From assembly GCA_019911865.1 (NCBI GenBank), contig JAIOJQ010000385.1, positions 1 through 56,566 on the forward strand: a stretch of DNA of 56,566 nt, read 5' to 3'. Position numbers and translations under genes: made by a program. Numbering within the stretch: the stretch's first letter is position 1; each line of letters begins with the position of its first letter. Source of the stretch: Thermoanaerobaculia bacterium. Its GTDB lineage: Bacteria; Acidobacteriota; Thermoanaerobaculia; Multivoradales; JAGPDF01. The notes under the pieces are model-generated. The model worked only from the letters and a program-made list of their open reading frames with translations. It was not told the origin of the DNA and ran no database searches. Positions 17,233 through 26,174 of this stretch are shown piece by piece.

Positions 17233-18873
17233 ATGATCGTCTATTCGACCGTCCTCAAGGTTGCTCGCGGATCGGAGCCCGGGTTCAGGCGCGCGATCTT
17301 CGAGTGGCTCACCACGAAGCACCACACTCCAACTCTGGGTGGCGTACGGGCCGCCGAAGAGCTCACCAGCGGCGCCGGAGGGCGAATCGGTCAGAGCCCG
17401 GCCTGGCTCGATGTACTCGACGACCGCGGCGGCGAGTCTCCCGACTGGAGGACGCTCGGCGTCCGCTACCGGCATCCGGATAGCCAGGACGCCAATCGCA
17501 GCTGGGTCACGGTCGCCGGCTACCGGAGAGGCCTTCCGGAGACGGACGATGTGATCACCGTGGAGCTGCGCGTCGAGGAGATGAGTCCGCTCGTTCGGAC
17601 GAAGTTCGAACCCTCGCGCCCGAATCTGATCGATCTGCTCTTGCGCCACTGCGCGCCGTCGCCGGCAACGCCAGGCCTCAAGGTCCGCGACTTGAAGACA
17701 CCCGAGGACGTCGGCCGCTGGGCCGAAGGACTCCATTCGATGAACCGCCGCGTGCCCTACGTGCTCGTCAGCCCGACGGAGCAGTGGACGGGTCGCTATC
17801 TTGCCGACGCCGATGTGCTGCAGCACCTTCTCCTGGGAGTAGCCGAGGTCGCCCGAATTCCGATCGAAGCGGACCAGTTCCTGGTCACCGACAAGATCGG
17901 CAAGCCATACTCTGCCTGGTGGGGGGCCGTCGCGTTCTACCTGCCGCCATCCGCCCGCTGGAGTTCCCAGCGGGGCACGCTGTTTCCCGTCAAGCGCTTC
18001 CTCCGGGAAGAACTCGAACGGGAGGAGAAGCCCGAAGCGAACCTGATCTTCCCGCACGTCCTCCACTGGGCGAACTGGCACGCTGCCGACTCGGTGATTC
18101 GCTGGGAAGCCCTGACCGATATCGCCGCCCGCGCGCGCCTCACGGCCGCCCGGGCGCGAATCGCTCAGGAGGGTGCCGGCGACCAGGCGGAGCTGCTCAA
18201 GCTCTTCGAGAAGGAAGTCGAGAGGCAGTCTCTCGATCTCGAAGTCCTGCGCAAGGCGCACGATGCGGCGGCCGAGGAGCGGGATCTGGCGCGACTGGAG
18301 CTCGAAGAGAAGACGGCGGAGGTCGAGTTCCAGAAGTCGGCGTTCATCCAGATGCAGGAACAGATGACCCGCGAGGCGCCGCGAGTCGAGCTCACGGCCG
18401 AGCTCGCCGAAGCGGTCCTCGCCTTCGCCGGCGGACGAGCGAATCTCACGTCCGCTTTGGCCTTGGTGGCCGCGGCGAGGCCCAACCGGGTCGAGATCCT
18501 GGAAAGCGCCTGGCGTTCGGCCCGCGAGGCCGACACGCTCGAGCCCCGAGTGGTCCGGCATGCCACGGACCTGCTCCTCACCCTCTCGGGGCCCTATTGG
18601 GAGCAGCTACGGGAAGGCAAGGGTGATGCCGGGGCCCGGGGGCTCTTCGGGGACAGCTACGCGGCCCGGGAATCGGAGACAGTCGCGACCAATCGGCGGG
18701 CGCGAGACCTCCGGACCTTCAACTACTCCGGCGAGTCCGTCCGGATGGAGAGCCACCTCCGGGTGGGCGTCAAGGACTCGATCGCCACCACCTGGCGCTG
18801 TCACTTCCTCTGGGACTCCGTCCGCCAGCGCATCGTGATCGGGCACTGCGGCAAGCATCTCGATTTCCGCTGA
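17233..18873 (+). CDS. Large hypothetical protein with central coiled coil and RelE/ParE-like C-terminal motif
   Basis: ORF 17200..18873 trimmed to ATG 17233 (MIVYSTVLKV...). The coiled coil is ...LEVLRKAHDAAAEERDLARLELEEKTAEVEFQKSAFIQMQEQM. The C-terminus is RTFNYSGESVRMESHLRVGVKDSIATTWRCHFLWDSVRQRIVIGHCGKHLDFR. Confidence 0.75.
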   Translation: MIVYSTVLKVARGSEPGFRRAIFEWLTTKHHTPTLGGVRAAEELTSGAGGRIGQSPAWLDVLDDRGGESPDWRTLGVRYRHPDSQDANRSWVTVAGYRRGLPETDDVITVELRVEEMSPLVRTKFEPSRPNLIDLLLRHCAPSPATPGLKVRDLKTPEDVGRWAEGLHSMNRRVPYVLVSPTEQWTGRYLADADVLQHLLLGVAEVARIPIEADQFLVTDKIGKPYSAWWGAVAFYLPPSARWSSQRGTLFPVKRFLREELEREEKPEANLIFPHVLHWANWHAADSVIRWEALTDIAARARLTAARARIAQEGAGDQAELLKLFEKEVERQSLDLEVLRKAHDAAAEERDLARLELEEKTAEVEFQKSAFIQMQEQMTREAPRVELTAELAEAVLAFAGGRANLTSALALVAAARPNRVEILESAWRSAREADTLEPRVVRHATDLLLTLSGPYWEQLREGKGDAGARGLFGDSYAARESETVATNRRARDLRTFNYSGESVRMESHLRVGVKDSIATTWRCHFLWDSVRQRIVIGHCGKHLDFR

Positions 18874-18905
18874 TGGGCTGAGTCAATCGGCGCGAAAAGC
18901 AGGCC

Positions 18906-19844
18906 TCACCAGCTGTTCATGATGTCCTTGAGGTGGAACAGGCTTCCTGACGGGACGATCTTCGAGACCGAGCGTTGGCCGGCGAGTACGAAGACGAGGG
19001 TGGTGAGGACGACCAGGATGAGTTTGATCCAGCGGGTGAAGTAGCCGGTGACGACGGTGGAAATCTCGGCGTCGGTCGTTGCCGCGACAAAAGCACGAAC
19101 AACCAGGGAATCGCTCGCAAACTCGGCGTTAAGACTGGCGATCTGCGGGTTAAGGACGAGGTGAATCAAGTTGATCAGGACGAAGCTCACCAAAAGGCGC
19201 ACGCCGAGACGGATCAGATAGGTGAGGAAGTGATCCGTGATGCTGGTCGTGAAGCGATTCGGTGAGAAGGCAATGAAGATCGGAGCGTAGAGGGGAACAA
19301 AGAGTGCCTCCAGAACTGGCCAGAACGCCGCAAAATAGATGACGAGGACTCCGGCGAAGACAATGAAGGCTGAGCCCATCATCAGCAAGACGGGCAACAT
19401 GCCAACTCCTGTTGCCAAGCCACCGGCGGCTTTTGCGAGGATGATCTGGTTCGAGGCTTCGATCAGGTGAAGCGTCTGAGTGACCGACGAGGCCCACTGC
19501 CCGGCGTCCGGTAGAGCGAACTCGGAGAGCATGTAGGGCAGTCCAACGATCAGATGGCGAATGGGGCCCACAACGAAGAACGCGGCAAAGAAGGCTGTAT
19601 AGATGGCCCAGCGGATGAACCGACCGGGAAGTGCAGCCACGTCCTCACCGCGCGAGGTTACATAGAGAAAGCCCAGCCGGATGAGTTCCAAAGTGGCAAG
19701 GGCCAGGAACAGGTTGCGGCACCACGGATTGATCTGAATCAGGTAGGTGCCGATTGCTCCTTTGACCTGTATCAGGAACTGTCCGACGTCATTGGAAAAG
19801 GAGAAGGCAAAACTCTGAAAGGCTTCATTGAAGGAAGGGTGCAT
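18906..19844 (-). CDS. trbL: TrbL/VirB6-family polytopic T4SS membrane protein
   Basis: ORF trimmed to ATG 19844 (MHPSFNEAFQSFAF...). It has at least 6 hydrophobic helices and sits immediately downstream of the trbJ-like gene. GC is about 53%, against about 68% in the flanks. Confidence 0.65.
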   Translation of the reverse strand: MHPSFNEAFQSFAFSFSNDVGQFLIQVKGAIGTYLIQINPWCRNLFLALATLELIRLGFLYVTSRGEDVAALPGRFIRWAIYTAFFAAFFVVGPIRHLIVGLPYMLSEFALPDAGQWASSVTQTLHLIEASNQIILAKAAGGLATGVGMLPVLLMMGSAFIVFAGVLVIYFAAFWPVLEALFVPLYAPIFIAFSPNRFTTSITDHFLTYLIRLGVRLLVSFVLINLIHLVLNPQIASLNAEFASDSLVVRAFVAATTDAEISTVVTGYFTRWIKLILVVLTTLVFVLAGQRSVSKIVPSGSLFHLKDIMNSW

Positions 19845-19860
19845 GGCTGGTGGCGGTCGC

Positions 19861-20718
19861 TCAGCTGCCCGGCTGGAGAATGCTTCCGACGTCGATGGTG
19901 CCCGGGTCCTCGGGATCGACAATCACCGTGGCCAACATGCCGCGCGTCGTCTCGAGGGCGGCGCGTTGGTTTTCGATCTCGTTCTGGAGGGCGAGCGTTT
20001 CGAGGTTCGACAGCTGCATCTGGGAGTGGTGCTGGTGGTTCTGGACCTGAAAGTCCATCGAATCGAGCATCTCCTGCGCACGGCGTTCGAGCGTCTCCAT
20101 GCCCATGTCGATCCCGAACATCTCTTCGGCCATGCGAGCATCGCGAATGATCTGCTGGATCTGTTGGAGCCGGACAGCGAAGGGCTGCAAGCGCCAGGAG
20201 AGGTAGTTCTGGGCGTAGGAGGTCCCCCGAGTCGTCTTGGAGATGATTCGATAGCGTTCGATCAGGCGGTCGAGCTCGCCGGTGACTTGCCGCCCGTAGA
20301 CGGTCTCCGGGTACTGGCCAGTGGCGCCGCTTTCGTCGATGACGCCGGTCCCCCACGAGTCGGTGTTGCCGAAGAGAATCTCCCAGTTGGCGGCGAGGTT
20401 CTCGAGAGTCTGGGCATACCCCATCGTGTCGGGGTTCATGTCGGGATCCTCTTCCGTCCCGCCAAGCGTCTGGTAGATCCGGGCGTTCATGCCGACGTCG
20501 TCGTCAAAGAGCATTTCGACGTCCGCGTACCACTGCATCGCCAGCGAGTAGTACTCGGAATAGGCGCGGACGTACTCCATGATGCGCTCGTAGCTGGACG
20601 AGGCGATGTGTGCCACGTCAGTGACCGGAATCTGCGCTGCGGCCCGGCTCGCGGTGGCGAGGGGCACGGCGAGCGTGGCAGCCACGAGCACGCAGCCGAA
20701 CAACTTGCGGGGCTTCAT
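19861..20718 (-). CDS. trbJ: TrbJ/VirB5-like secreted T4SS protein
   Basis: Trimmed to ATG 20718, with GGAGGA 6 nt upstream. A signal peptide (MKPRKLFGCVLVAATLAVPLATASRAAAQ) is followed by IPVTDVAHI..., then helical/coiled-coil Q-rich segments. Confidence 0.65.
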   Translation of the reverse strand: MKPRKLFGCVLVAATLAVPLATASRAAAQIPVTDVAHIASSSYERIMEYVRAYSEYYSLAMQWYADVEMLFDDDVGMNARIYQTLGGTEEDPDMNPDTMGYAQTLENLAANWEILFGNTDSWGTGVIDESGATGQYPETVYGRQVTGELDRLIERYRIISKTTRGTSYAQNYLSWRLQPFAVRLQQIQQIIRDARMAEEMFGIDMGMETLERRAQEMLDSMDFQVQNHQHHSQMQLSNLETLALQNEIENQRAALETTRGMLATVIVDPEDPGTIDVGSILQPGS

Positions 20719-21209
20719 TGGGATTCCTCCTGGTGCAAGAAGGCGAAGCGGGCCGCGCGGGTGAGCGCAACCTCGCGGGCGACGATCCGGTCCTCGTCCT
20801 CGCTGCTCGCGTCGGCAGGAAGGCTCGCAACGACGGCGTCGATGCGATGGACTTCCTGCTCGGCAAAGAGTCTCGCTACCGCTGCAGCGAAGTAGAACTC
20901 CGCTTCCGTGAAGCTCGGCTTCCAAGTCGCGGCGCGAGCGAGCTCGAGTCTGCCGGGAAGCTTCGAGAGAAGCGCTTCAATTCCGAGGCGTCCGGCCTTG
21001 ATGAGGGCATAGTCCTGGACGCCTGTAGAGGAGCGTTCAAGGCCGCGAGAGGCGAGAAAGTTGGCCTCGACAGCGAGAAGCTGTTGGAGATACCAGACCA
21101 GCATGGCGTGGGTGGCGTCGGCCGTCGTCGCGTGCTGCGAGTCGAGCGCCAATGTCTCCGGCCGCTCGAACTCGGTGAGCCTCTCTTTGAGGCGAGCCAA
21201 AACGGACAA
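20715..21209 (-). CDS. Hypothetical protein, first gene of the trbJ-trbL sub-operon
   Basis: 164 aa with a TTG start (uncertain). GGGAGGGG lies upstream. The stop overlaps the trbJ ATG (ATGA). Confidence 0.6.
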   Translation of the reverse strand: MSVLARLKERLTEFERPETLALDSQHATTADATHAMLVWYLQQLLAVEANFLASRGLERSSTGVQDYALIKAGRLGIEALLSKLPGRLELARAATWKPSFTEAEFYFAAAVARLFAEQEVHRIDAVVASLPADASSEDEDRIVAREVALTRAARFAFLHQEESQ

Positions 21210-21260
21210 AACCCCTCCCGAAGCACCGAGCGAACCTAGGGCAACTGCGCGACGTGCCGC

Positions 21261-21290
21261 AGTATAACAGGCAGTTATGCGACCGGTAAA
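21261..21290 (-). promoter_or_regulatory. Candidate sigma70-like promoter for the trbJ-trbL sub-operon
   Basis: On the minus strand: TTTACC (21290..21285), 18 nt, TATACT (21266..21261), about 50 nt upstream of the 21209 start. The -10 overlaps the ATAAC-N5-GTTAT palindrome. Confidence 0.35.
21264..21282. promoter_or_regulatory. ATAAC-N5-GTTATGCGA palindromic site (copy 1 of 2)
   Basis: ATAACaggcaGTTATGCGA. The same 14 fixed bases recur at 49062..49080. Confidence 0.45.
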
Positions 21291-21308
21291 CCCGGTCCGC
21301 TTTCGGGG

Positions 21309-22988
21309 TCAATCCGAGAGGTGGTGGAGTTCGATTTCGAGGAACCGGGCCTTGACGGTCAACTGTTCGACTGAGGCCCGTGCACTGCTGCGAATCCCGG
21401 CGGCCTTGTTGGCCCTCGCGTGCGTGATGGCGGGCCTGGAGCCGGTCAAGCCCGCGATCCGGCGGACAGCACGGTCGATCTGGAGCTTGAGGGACTGTTC
21501 GGCCGATGCGCGGGGCTCCGGTCCAGAGGCTGGCGGTGGCGTGTTAGCGAGGTCAGCGAGAGAAAAGTTCGGGGTCGTGACACGCACCGAGCCCGCCTCG
21601 GAGGCCAAGGCGGTGAAAATCCCGGGCAGTCTTGGCCTGCCCGGTCGCATGAGGGTGCCGGATTCGCCCTTCTGGCGCTCCACGAGGCCGGCTGCGGCTT
21701 CCCCTGCGATGGCCAAGGCGAAGGCTCGGAGGCGGGGATCGTCGGGCAGGTAGAGCCGGGCGGACTGTTTCGAGAGAGCATCGGCCTGCCAGCGCACCAG
21801 GCGACCAACCACCTGCCGGAAGAAGAGCTCGGTCGAGGTAACAGCCGCGTAGACGCCGACTCGAAGCCGCGGAATGTCGACTCCCTCAGAGACCATCCGG
21901 ACGGCGACAATCCAGGGCTCCCTCCCCTTGCGGAAACGCTCGATCCAGTGGGAAGCGGAGGAGTTGTCCGACAGGACGACGGTCGGCATCGAGCCGGTGA
22001 GCTGGCGCAGATGAAAGGCGATATCCCGGGCGTGCTGCTGGTCCATCGCGAGGACAAGTCCGCCCGCATGGGGTGCCCCGGATTGTCGAGTCCGGACGAG
22101 GTCCTGGTGGGCTTGCCGAAGCACCTCGGGAAGCCAGTTGCCGTGAGGCGAAAGCGCGGTGCGGAGCCGATGGTTGAGCTCGTCGACGCCGATCGAGTCT
22201 TCGAAGGTGGCCGTACGAAGGCCGGCCTTCGAGGACCTCCACTCGAAGGTGCCGCCAACGTGGGGGAATGCGATCGGCCGACAGACGCGATCAGCGACCG
22301 CCTGGGCGTAGCCGTAGCGAAAGTCGGGAGCAGCCTGACCGTCCGAGGCGTAGGCGACAAAGGGGATCGGCCTGCCGTCGGATCGAAACGGCGTCCCAGA
22401 CAGCGCGATTCGATGGGCCGCGGCGCCTACGGCCAGGGCCAACGCCTCGCCCCAGCGCGCCTCGTCGCCGGCGTGATGGATCTCGTCGAGCAGGACGACG
22501 GTGGGAAGCCGGGCAACGAAGCGGGCAACGGCCTCGGGGTGAAGCGCGAGCTGGTGGTAGGTCAGGACGACGCCGTCGTAGGAGCGACGGAGCGGACATC
22601 CCGGAGTCCAGGCCCAGTCGAGTTCGAAGCCGTGCTCGTGGGCCGCGAAAGCCCACTGGCGGGTAAGGTGCGCTGTCGGAACGACAACGAGGAGCTGAGT
22701 GGCGCGACGTGTCTGGAAGAGCTGGCGTGCTGCTAGAACGCCGAAGGCGGTCTTGCCGGCACCCGGACAGCTCTCGGCGAGGAAGTCTGGCGCCGAAGAG
22801 CCGGAAAGGCACGCGAGTGCCTCGGATTGCCAACGCCGGAGCGGGGTCAAAGCTGGAACGTGAGGAGTAGCTACTGTTTTCTGACGAGGGCTTCCTGGGC
22901 GGCCGGAGAGAGGGGCCCAAAGGCGTTTTCGAGAGCCACGAGAAGATCGGCAGGCGGAGCTTCGCCGCTGGCGAGGCGGAAAGCCCAA
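21309..22988 (-). CDS. SF2 DEAD/DEAH-type helicase (type III restriction Res-like core)
   Basis: Motifs: ESCPGAGKTAFG (motif I), VVLLDEIHHAG (motif II), ALSGTPFRSD (motif III), MVSEGVDIPRLRVGVY (V/VI). The true start is probably near 22860, because the first ~40 codons overlap the upstream lipoprotein gene and are Arg-rich. Confidence 0.85.
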   Translation of the reverse strand: MGFPPRQRRSSACRSSRGSRKRLWAPLSGRPGSPRQKTVATPHVPALTPLRRWQSEALACLSGSSAPDFLAESCPGAGKTAFGVLAARQLFQTRRATQLLVVVPTAHLTRQWAFAAHEHGFELDWAWTPGCPLRRSYDGVVLTYHQLALHPEAVARFVARLPTVVLLDEIHHAGDEARWGEALALAVGAAAHRIALSGTPFRSDGRPIPFVAYASDGQAAPDFRYGYAQAVADRVCRPIAFPHVGGTFEWRSSKAGLRTATFEDSIGVDELNHRLRTALSPHGNWLPEVLRQAHQDLVRTRQSGAPHAGGLVLAMDQQHARDIAFHLRQLTGSMPTVVLSDNSSASHWIERFRKGREPWIVAVRMVSEGVDIPRLRVGVYAAVTSTELFFRQVVGRLVRWQADALSKQSARLYLPDDPRLRAFALAIAGEAAAGLVERQKGESGTLMRPGRPRLPGIFTALASEAGSVRVTTPNFSLADLANTPPPASGPEPRASAEQSLKLQIDRAVRRIAGLTGSRPAITHARANKAAGIRSSARASVEQLTVKARFLEIELHHLSD

Positions 22989-23446
22989 AGATAGTTGGGG
23001 ACCGCGTCCTTCATGGCTGAGCTCCGGTGAGGAGGCGGTTCTGTGCCAAAGGAAAAGCGATAGCTGTAGAGGGCACTTAGTGGGTCAGTCACTGGAGCAG
23101 CCGATAGCGCATCGGAGGACCGAATGGTGGACCCGAAGTGAAGTGCGCAGTTGGGTGAATCCCCGAGGTTGAGTGTGCGACAAGTCTGAATGCCTTCGTC
23201 CCAAAGGGTGTCGGTCCATTCCGCGACAGGCGTGCCCGCATCGGCGTGTTGCCTCGCCTTTCTCCCTTCCTCCGCCCAGAAGGCAACATCGAACTTCGGA
23301 TCGGGGTTCCTCGAAGCCAGCATCTCGAGCGCGTCGTGCCCGCTGGCTGCGTTCGCACTCGACCCCGAGGCGCTCGTCTTCGAGCAACCAGAAAGGACGA
23401 CCAGCGCCACGGCCAAGACGACAACGGAAGCCCACAAGTTCTTCAT
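22871..23446 (-). CDS. Lipoprotein, unknown function
   Basis: MKNLWASVVVLAVALVVLSGC has a lipobox (LSGC). 191 aa. Confidence 0.7.
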   Translation of the reverse strand: MKNLWASVVVLAVALVVLSGCSKTSASGSSANAASGHDALEMLASRNPDPKFDVAFWAEEGRKARQHADAGTPVAEWTDTLWDEGIQTCRTLNLGDSPNCALHFGSTIRSSDALSAAPVTDPLSALYSYRFSFGTEPPPHRSSAMKDAVPNYLWAFRLASGEAPPADLLVALENAFGPLSPAAQEALVRKQ

Positions 23447-23556
23447 GGCGACGACCTCACTCTTGCCGGCCTTCCAGCCGACGCCGGGTGCCGGAGGAGG
23501 CCGCCACCGTCAGTGCGGCCCTCCTGCGGCACGAGCGCCCGGCGTTCAGCCAGCGA

Positions 23557-24210
23557 TCAATGCTTGCCGTAGAGCTCCTGAAGCAGAGGACGGACCTTCG
23601 GCGTAAACGGATCCACACCGCCACTCTCCTCGAGCGCCCGCTTGTAGAGCTGCTCGGTGTGGGGTTCGAGATCGGACTCATCGAACTCGAGCCAGCGGAT
23701 GGCTTGCTGTTTCCAGCGGTTCACCAGGTCGATCAGCATCTGGGGATGCTCGCGATTGACGAAGGTCAAATCGAAGAACTTCACGAAGAGCCGTTCGAAG
23801 ACGAGTTCGACCGGGAACCGGAGAACCCAGAGGACTTGCGGATTGGGCGGCCGCGCATCGCGGATCTGCTGCCGCTCGATGTAGCCGTCGCGGTGGAGCC
23901 GGAACAGGATCGTGTTGAGGGTGTCTTTGGCCGGCGTTGCCGCGGTGCGGGCAGGATTGGACGCCTTGTGCCGCTGGAACAGGTCGAAGATCTGCCCGGA
24001 GTCGGCGCTGCCGCCAAGGTGAGCGATGGCCAGGTAGGTGGCGAACTCGAGCTCGGAGAGCGAGGGGAGCTTGGCGAGGGCCTCGCGCAGCTCTGCGATG
24101 TCGAACGGCTGGGTCTTGTTCGCGCTCTTCGCCGCTCGCTTCGGCGCGGACACAGGAGTCTTCTTCTTGGCAGTCACGGTGGAATGATAACAGAGTGTTT
24201 GGCGTCTCAA
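23557..24210 (-). CDS. Hypothetical protein (basic N-terminus, possible winged-helix)
   Basis: 217-codon ORF. The TTG at 24210 overlaps the nuclease stop; GTG at 24177 is an alternative start. Composition is protein-like (…LSELEFATYLAIAHLGGSADSGQIFDLF…ILFRLHRDGYIERQ). Confidence 0.65.
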   Translation of the reverse strand: MRRQTLCYHSTVTAKKKTPVSAPKRAAKSANKTQPFDIAELREALAKLPSLSELEFATYLAIAHLGGSADSGQIFDLFQRHKASNPARTAATPAKDTLNTILFRLHRDGYIERQQIRDARPPNPQVLWVLRFPVELVFERLFVKFFDLTFVNREHPQMLIDLVNRWKQQAIRWLEFDESDLEPHTEQLYKRALEESGGVDPFTPKVRPLLQELYGKH

Positions 24211-24767
24211 GGGTTAGCTGTTGCAGTGGCACTGCGTCTCGGGCCCCGGTACTGCCAGGGCGGCACGGGGGACTCGTCACTCCACAGACCCAGACGACGC
24301 GAGCGCGCGGTCTGCTCGGCCGCTGAGAGGGCGGATTCGTTCGAGTAGCGAAGGTAATGCCAGGCAAAGCCGCGCCGAACGAGTTCCAGGTTGATGTCGA
24401 GGCCGTCGTCGGACCGGTAAAGGCGAGCCAGCGTGCGCCCGTACTTGTCCTGTCCGAACTCCCAGAGGCGGACATACTGACGGTAGGCGAGCTGAGAAAG
24501 CGCTCGCTTGGCGTGCCCGCCGAAGGCCTGCCCCTTCTCGGGAGCGTCGATGCTGGCAAGGCGTATGCGCACCTCTTCTCGGGCGGAATCGCCGCTGCGC
24601 ACGACGGAGACCGTGTCGCCGTCGTGGATGGCGACCACGAGCGCCTCGGGAAGCTCGCCGAGCTTGGGTGGTGCGGTAGGCGTCGTCGCATCGCGCGCGG
24701 TCAGGAGCAGCGCGAGGACGAGCAGCGCGGCCGGAGCCGCGAGGCCGAGCAGGCGACGCACTCTCAA
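24207..24767 (-). CDS. nuc: Secreted thermonuclease (staphylococcal nuclease/SNase family)
   Basis: A signal peptide is followed by VVAIHDGDTVSV...VRIRLASIDAPEKGQAFG...YGRTLARLY...LNLELVRRGFAWHY. Confidence 0.9.
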   Translation of the reverse strand: MRVRRLLGLAAPAALLVLALLLTARDATTPTAPPKLGELPEALVVAIHDGDTVSVVRSGDSAREEVRIRLASIDAPEKGQAFGGHAKRALSQLAYRQYVRLWEFGQDKYGRTLARLYRSDDGLDINLELVRRGFAWHYLRYSNESALSAAEQTARSRRLGLWSDESPVPPWQYRGPRRSATATANP

Positions 24768-25000
24768 CCCCTGTAGGTCCTTCGGTCGGCGAGGCGCGAG
24801 GGAATCGGCGGAAAGGGCGTGCCGTTGCGCTGCTCGGCGCGAAGCAGCGCTGCCTCGAGTGCGACCTCGACGAACGCCTGCACGCCGCTCCGGGTCCAGA
24901 ACGCCGCGGCCTGGACGCGCTCAGCGATGGGGGTGGCCACGTTGAGGGTCGTCACCGGCGTGCGTGTTCTCTTCGCGCTCAAGGTGTACGCGGATTCCAT
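24764..25000 (-). CDS. Ribbon-helix-helix (CopG/ParG-like) protein
   Basis: 78 aa from ATG 25000, in the frame of ORF 24764..25654. RTPVTTLNVATPIAERVQAAAFWTRSGVQAFVEVALEAALLRAE has beta-strand plus two-helix RHH topology. The stop overlaps the nuc start. Confidence 0.6.
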   Translation of the reverse strand: MESAYTLSAKRTRTPVTTLNVATPIAERVQAAAFWTRSGVQAFVEVALEAALLRAEQRNGTPFPPIPSRLADRRTYRG

Positions 25001-25785
25001 GGGCCGTTTTCGTCGAGGTAGTTCTCCAGCGGATCCTCTGGGCTGAAGTCTGCCAGCCTTGGGTCGGGAGCGAAACTCGGGGGATCGGCCGCTGGAATCG
25101 GGGAAGCCGGTTCGCGCTCGAGGACCGAGCCCAGGTCGCCGCCCTGGGCGGCGAGGGCGATGCGCTCGTCGAGACGGTCGCGGTAGCTCTCCTCGATGAA
25201 GGTGAGAGCCGCCGGTGGAAGGTCGTGCTGGCGCGCCAGGTCGAGAAAGCCGTCGAGCAGTCTCTGCGAAAGGGCCCCGACGCCGGCAAAGTAGCCGGCG
25301 GTCCAGCAGCTGCGAAACGACTCGTAAAGATGGCTGCCCGGCTCGGCGAAGGGCTTGCCGCTGCGCGTGCTGTCGGGAAAGACCGTCCTCGACCACTCGT
25401 GGAAGCCCGGATTCCAGGGCTGCCTGCCGAGCAGCGAAGGGGCCGGAGCCATCCCGATACCTTCCTGGGCGAGCTCGTCGATCAGCGGGACGATCCAGCC
25501 GGGAGCGGAGCGATAAAGCTCCCAAGCCGAGTCCAGGTCGAGCGCCGGCGGGTAGGGTGGAGTCGTCAGAACGTCGTAGAGGCCGCGCCGAGCGTGGTCG
25601 AGCAGCAACAGGCCGCCACAGGCAAACCCGGCCCGGTAGCAGGATCCGAACCACCGGTGCGGGCGCGATCCCCGCTGGCCGTCGTAGGCCGCCGCGATCG
25701 GGTCGGCCGCTCCGGCGGCACTCTCGAACCAGCTGGCCGTCCAGGCGGCAAACGACATCGGAAGCGTCCTCGAGGTGCCGGTCAC
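24979..25785 (-). CDS. Hypothetical protein
   Basis: 268 aa, with 4-nt overlaps to both neighbours. Composition is protein-like (…WELYRSAPGWIVPLIDELAQEGIG…). Confidence 0.65.
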   Translation of the reverse strand: MTGTSRTLPMSFAAWTASWFESAAGAADPIAAAYDGQRGSRPHRWFGSCYRAGFACGGLLLLDHARRGLYDVLTTPPYPPALDLDSAWELYRSAPGWIVPLIDELAQEGIGMAPAPSLLGRQPWNPGFHEWSRTVFPDSTRSGKPFAEPGSHLYESFRSCWTAGYFAGVGALSQRLLDGFLDLARQHDLPPAALTFIEESYRDRLDERIALAAQGGDLGSVLEREPASPIPAADPPSFAPDPRLADFSPEDPLENYLDENGPWNPRTP

Positions 25786-26174
25786 GGGAGCCTGGGCGTT
25801 CGTGGCGGCGACGGGAGCTTCGGGTCCGCGGCCTGGACCCTGCGCAGCAGGCGATCCATGGTCTGGGAGTAGGTGGCCGCGACGATCACGAGCACGGCGC
25901 GGCAGGATGGCGTGGTGCGTGAGCCTTCAGGAACGTGCAAGCAGAGCTGATAGGCCCGGCCCCACAGGGGCGAGGCCCTGCGGGCCTCGAGGGACCAGAA
26001 TTCGGGTAGCGAATAGGTGGCGTGCTCCTCCGGGCTCGCAAGCGCCGCCAGGGCCTCAGCGTCCGCAGCTGGCTCGGCGGACGCCTCGAGACGCTGCACT
26101 GCCGCCTCGCGGGCGCAGGAGGCCGTGAGCAGGAGAAGGGCCCCGGCGGCGAGTGTGAGCCGCGAACGCCTCAT
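25782..26174 (-). CDS. Lipoprotein (possible VirB7-like/T4SS-associated)
   Basis: MRRSRLTLAAGALLLLTASC has a lipobox. 130 aa. 4-nt overlap with parB. Confidence 0.65.
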   Translation of the reverse strand: MRRSRLTLAAGALLLLTASCAREAAVQRLEASAEPAADAEALAALASPEEHATYSLPEFWSLEARRASPLWGRAYQLCLHVPEGSRTTPSCRAVLVIVAATYSQTMDRLLRRVQAADPKLPSPPRTPRLP

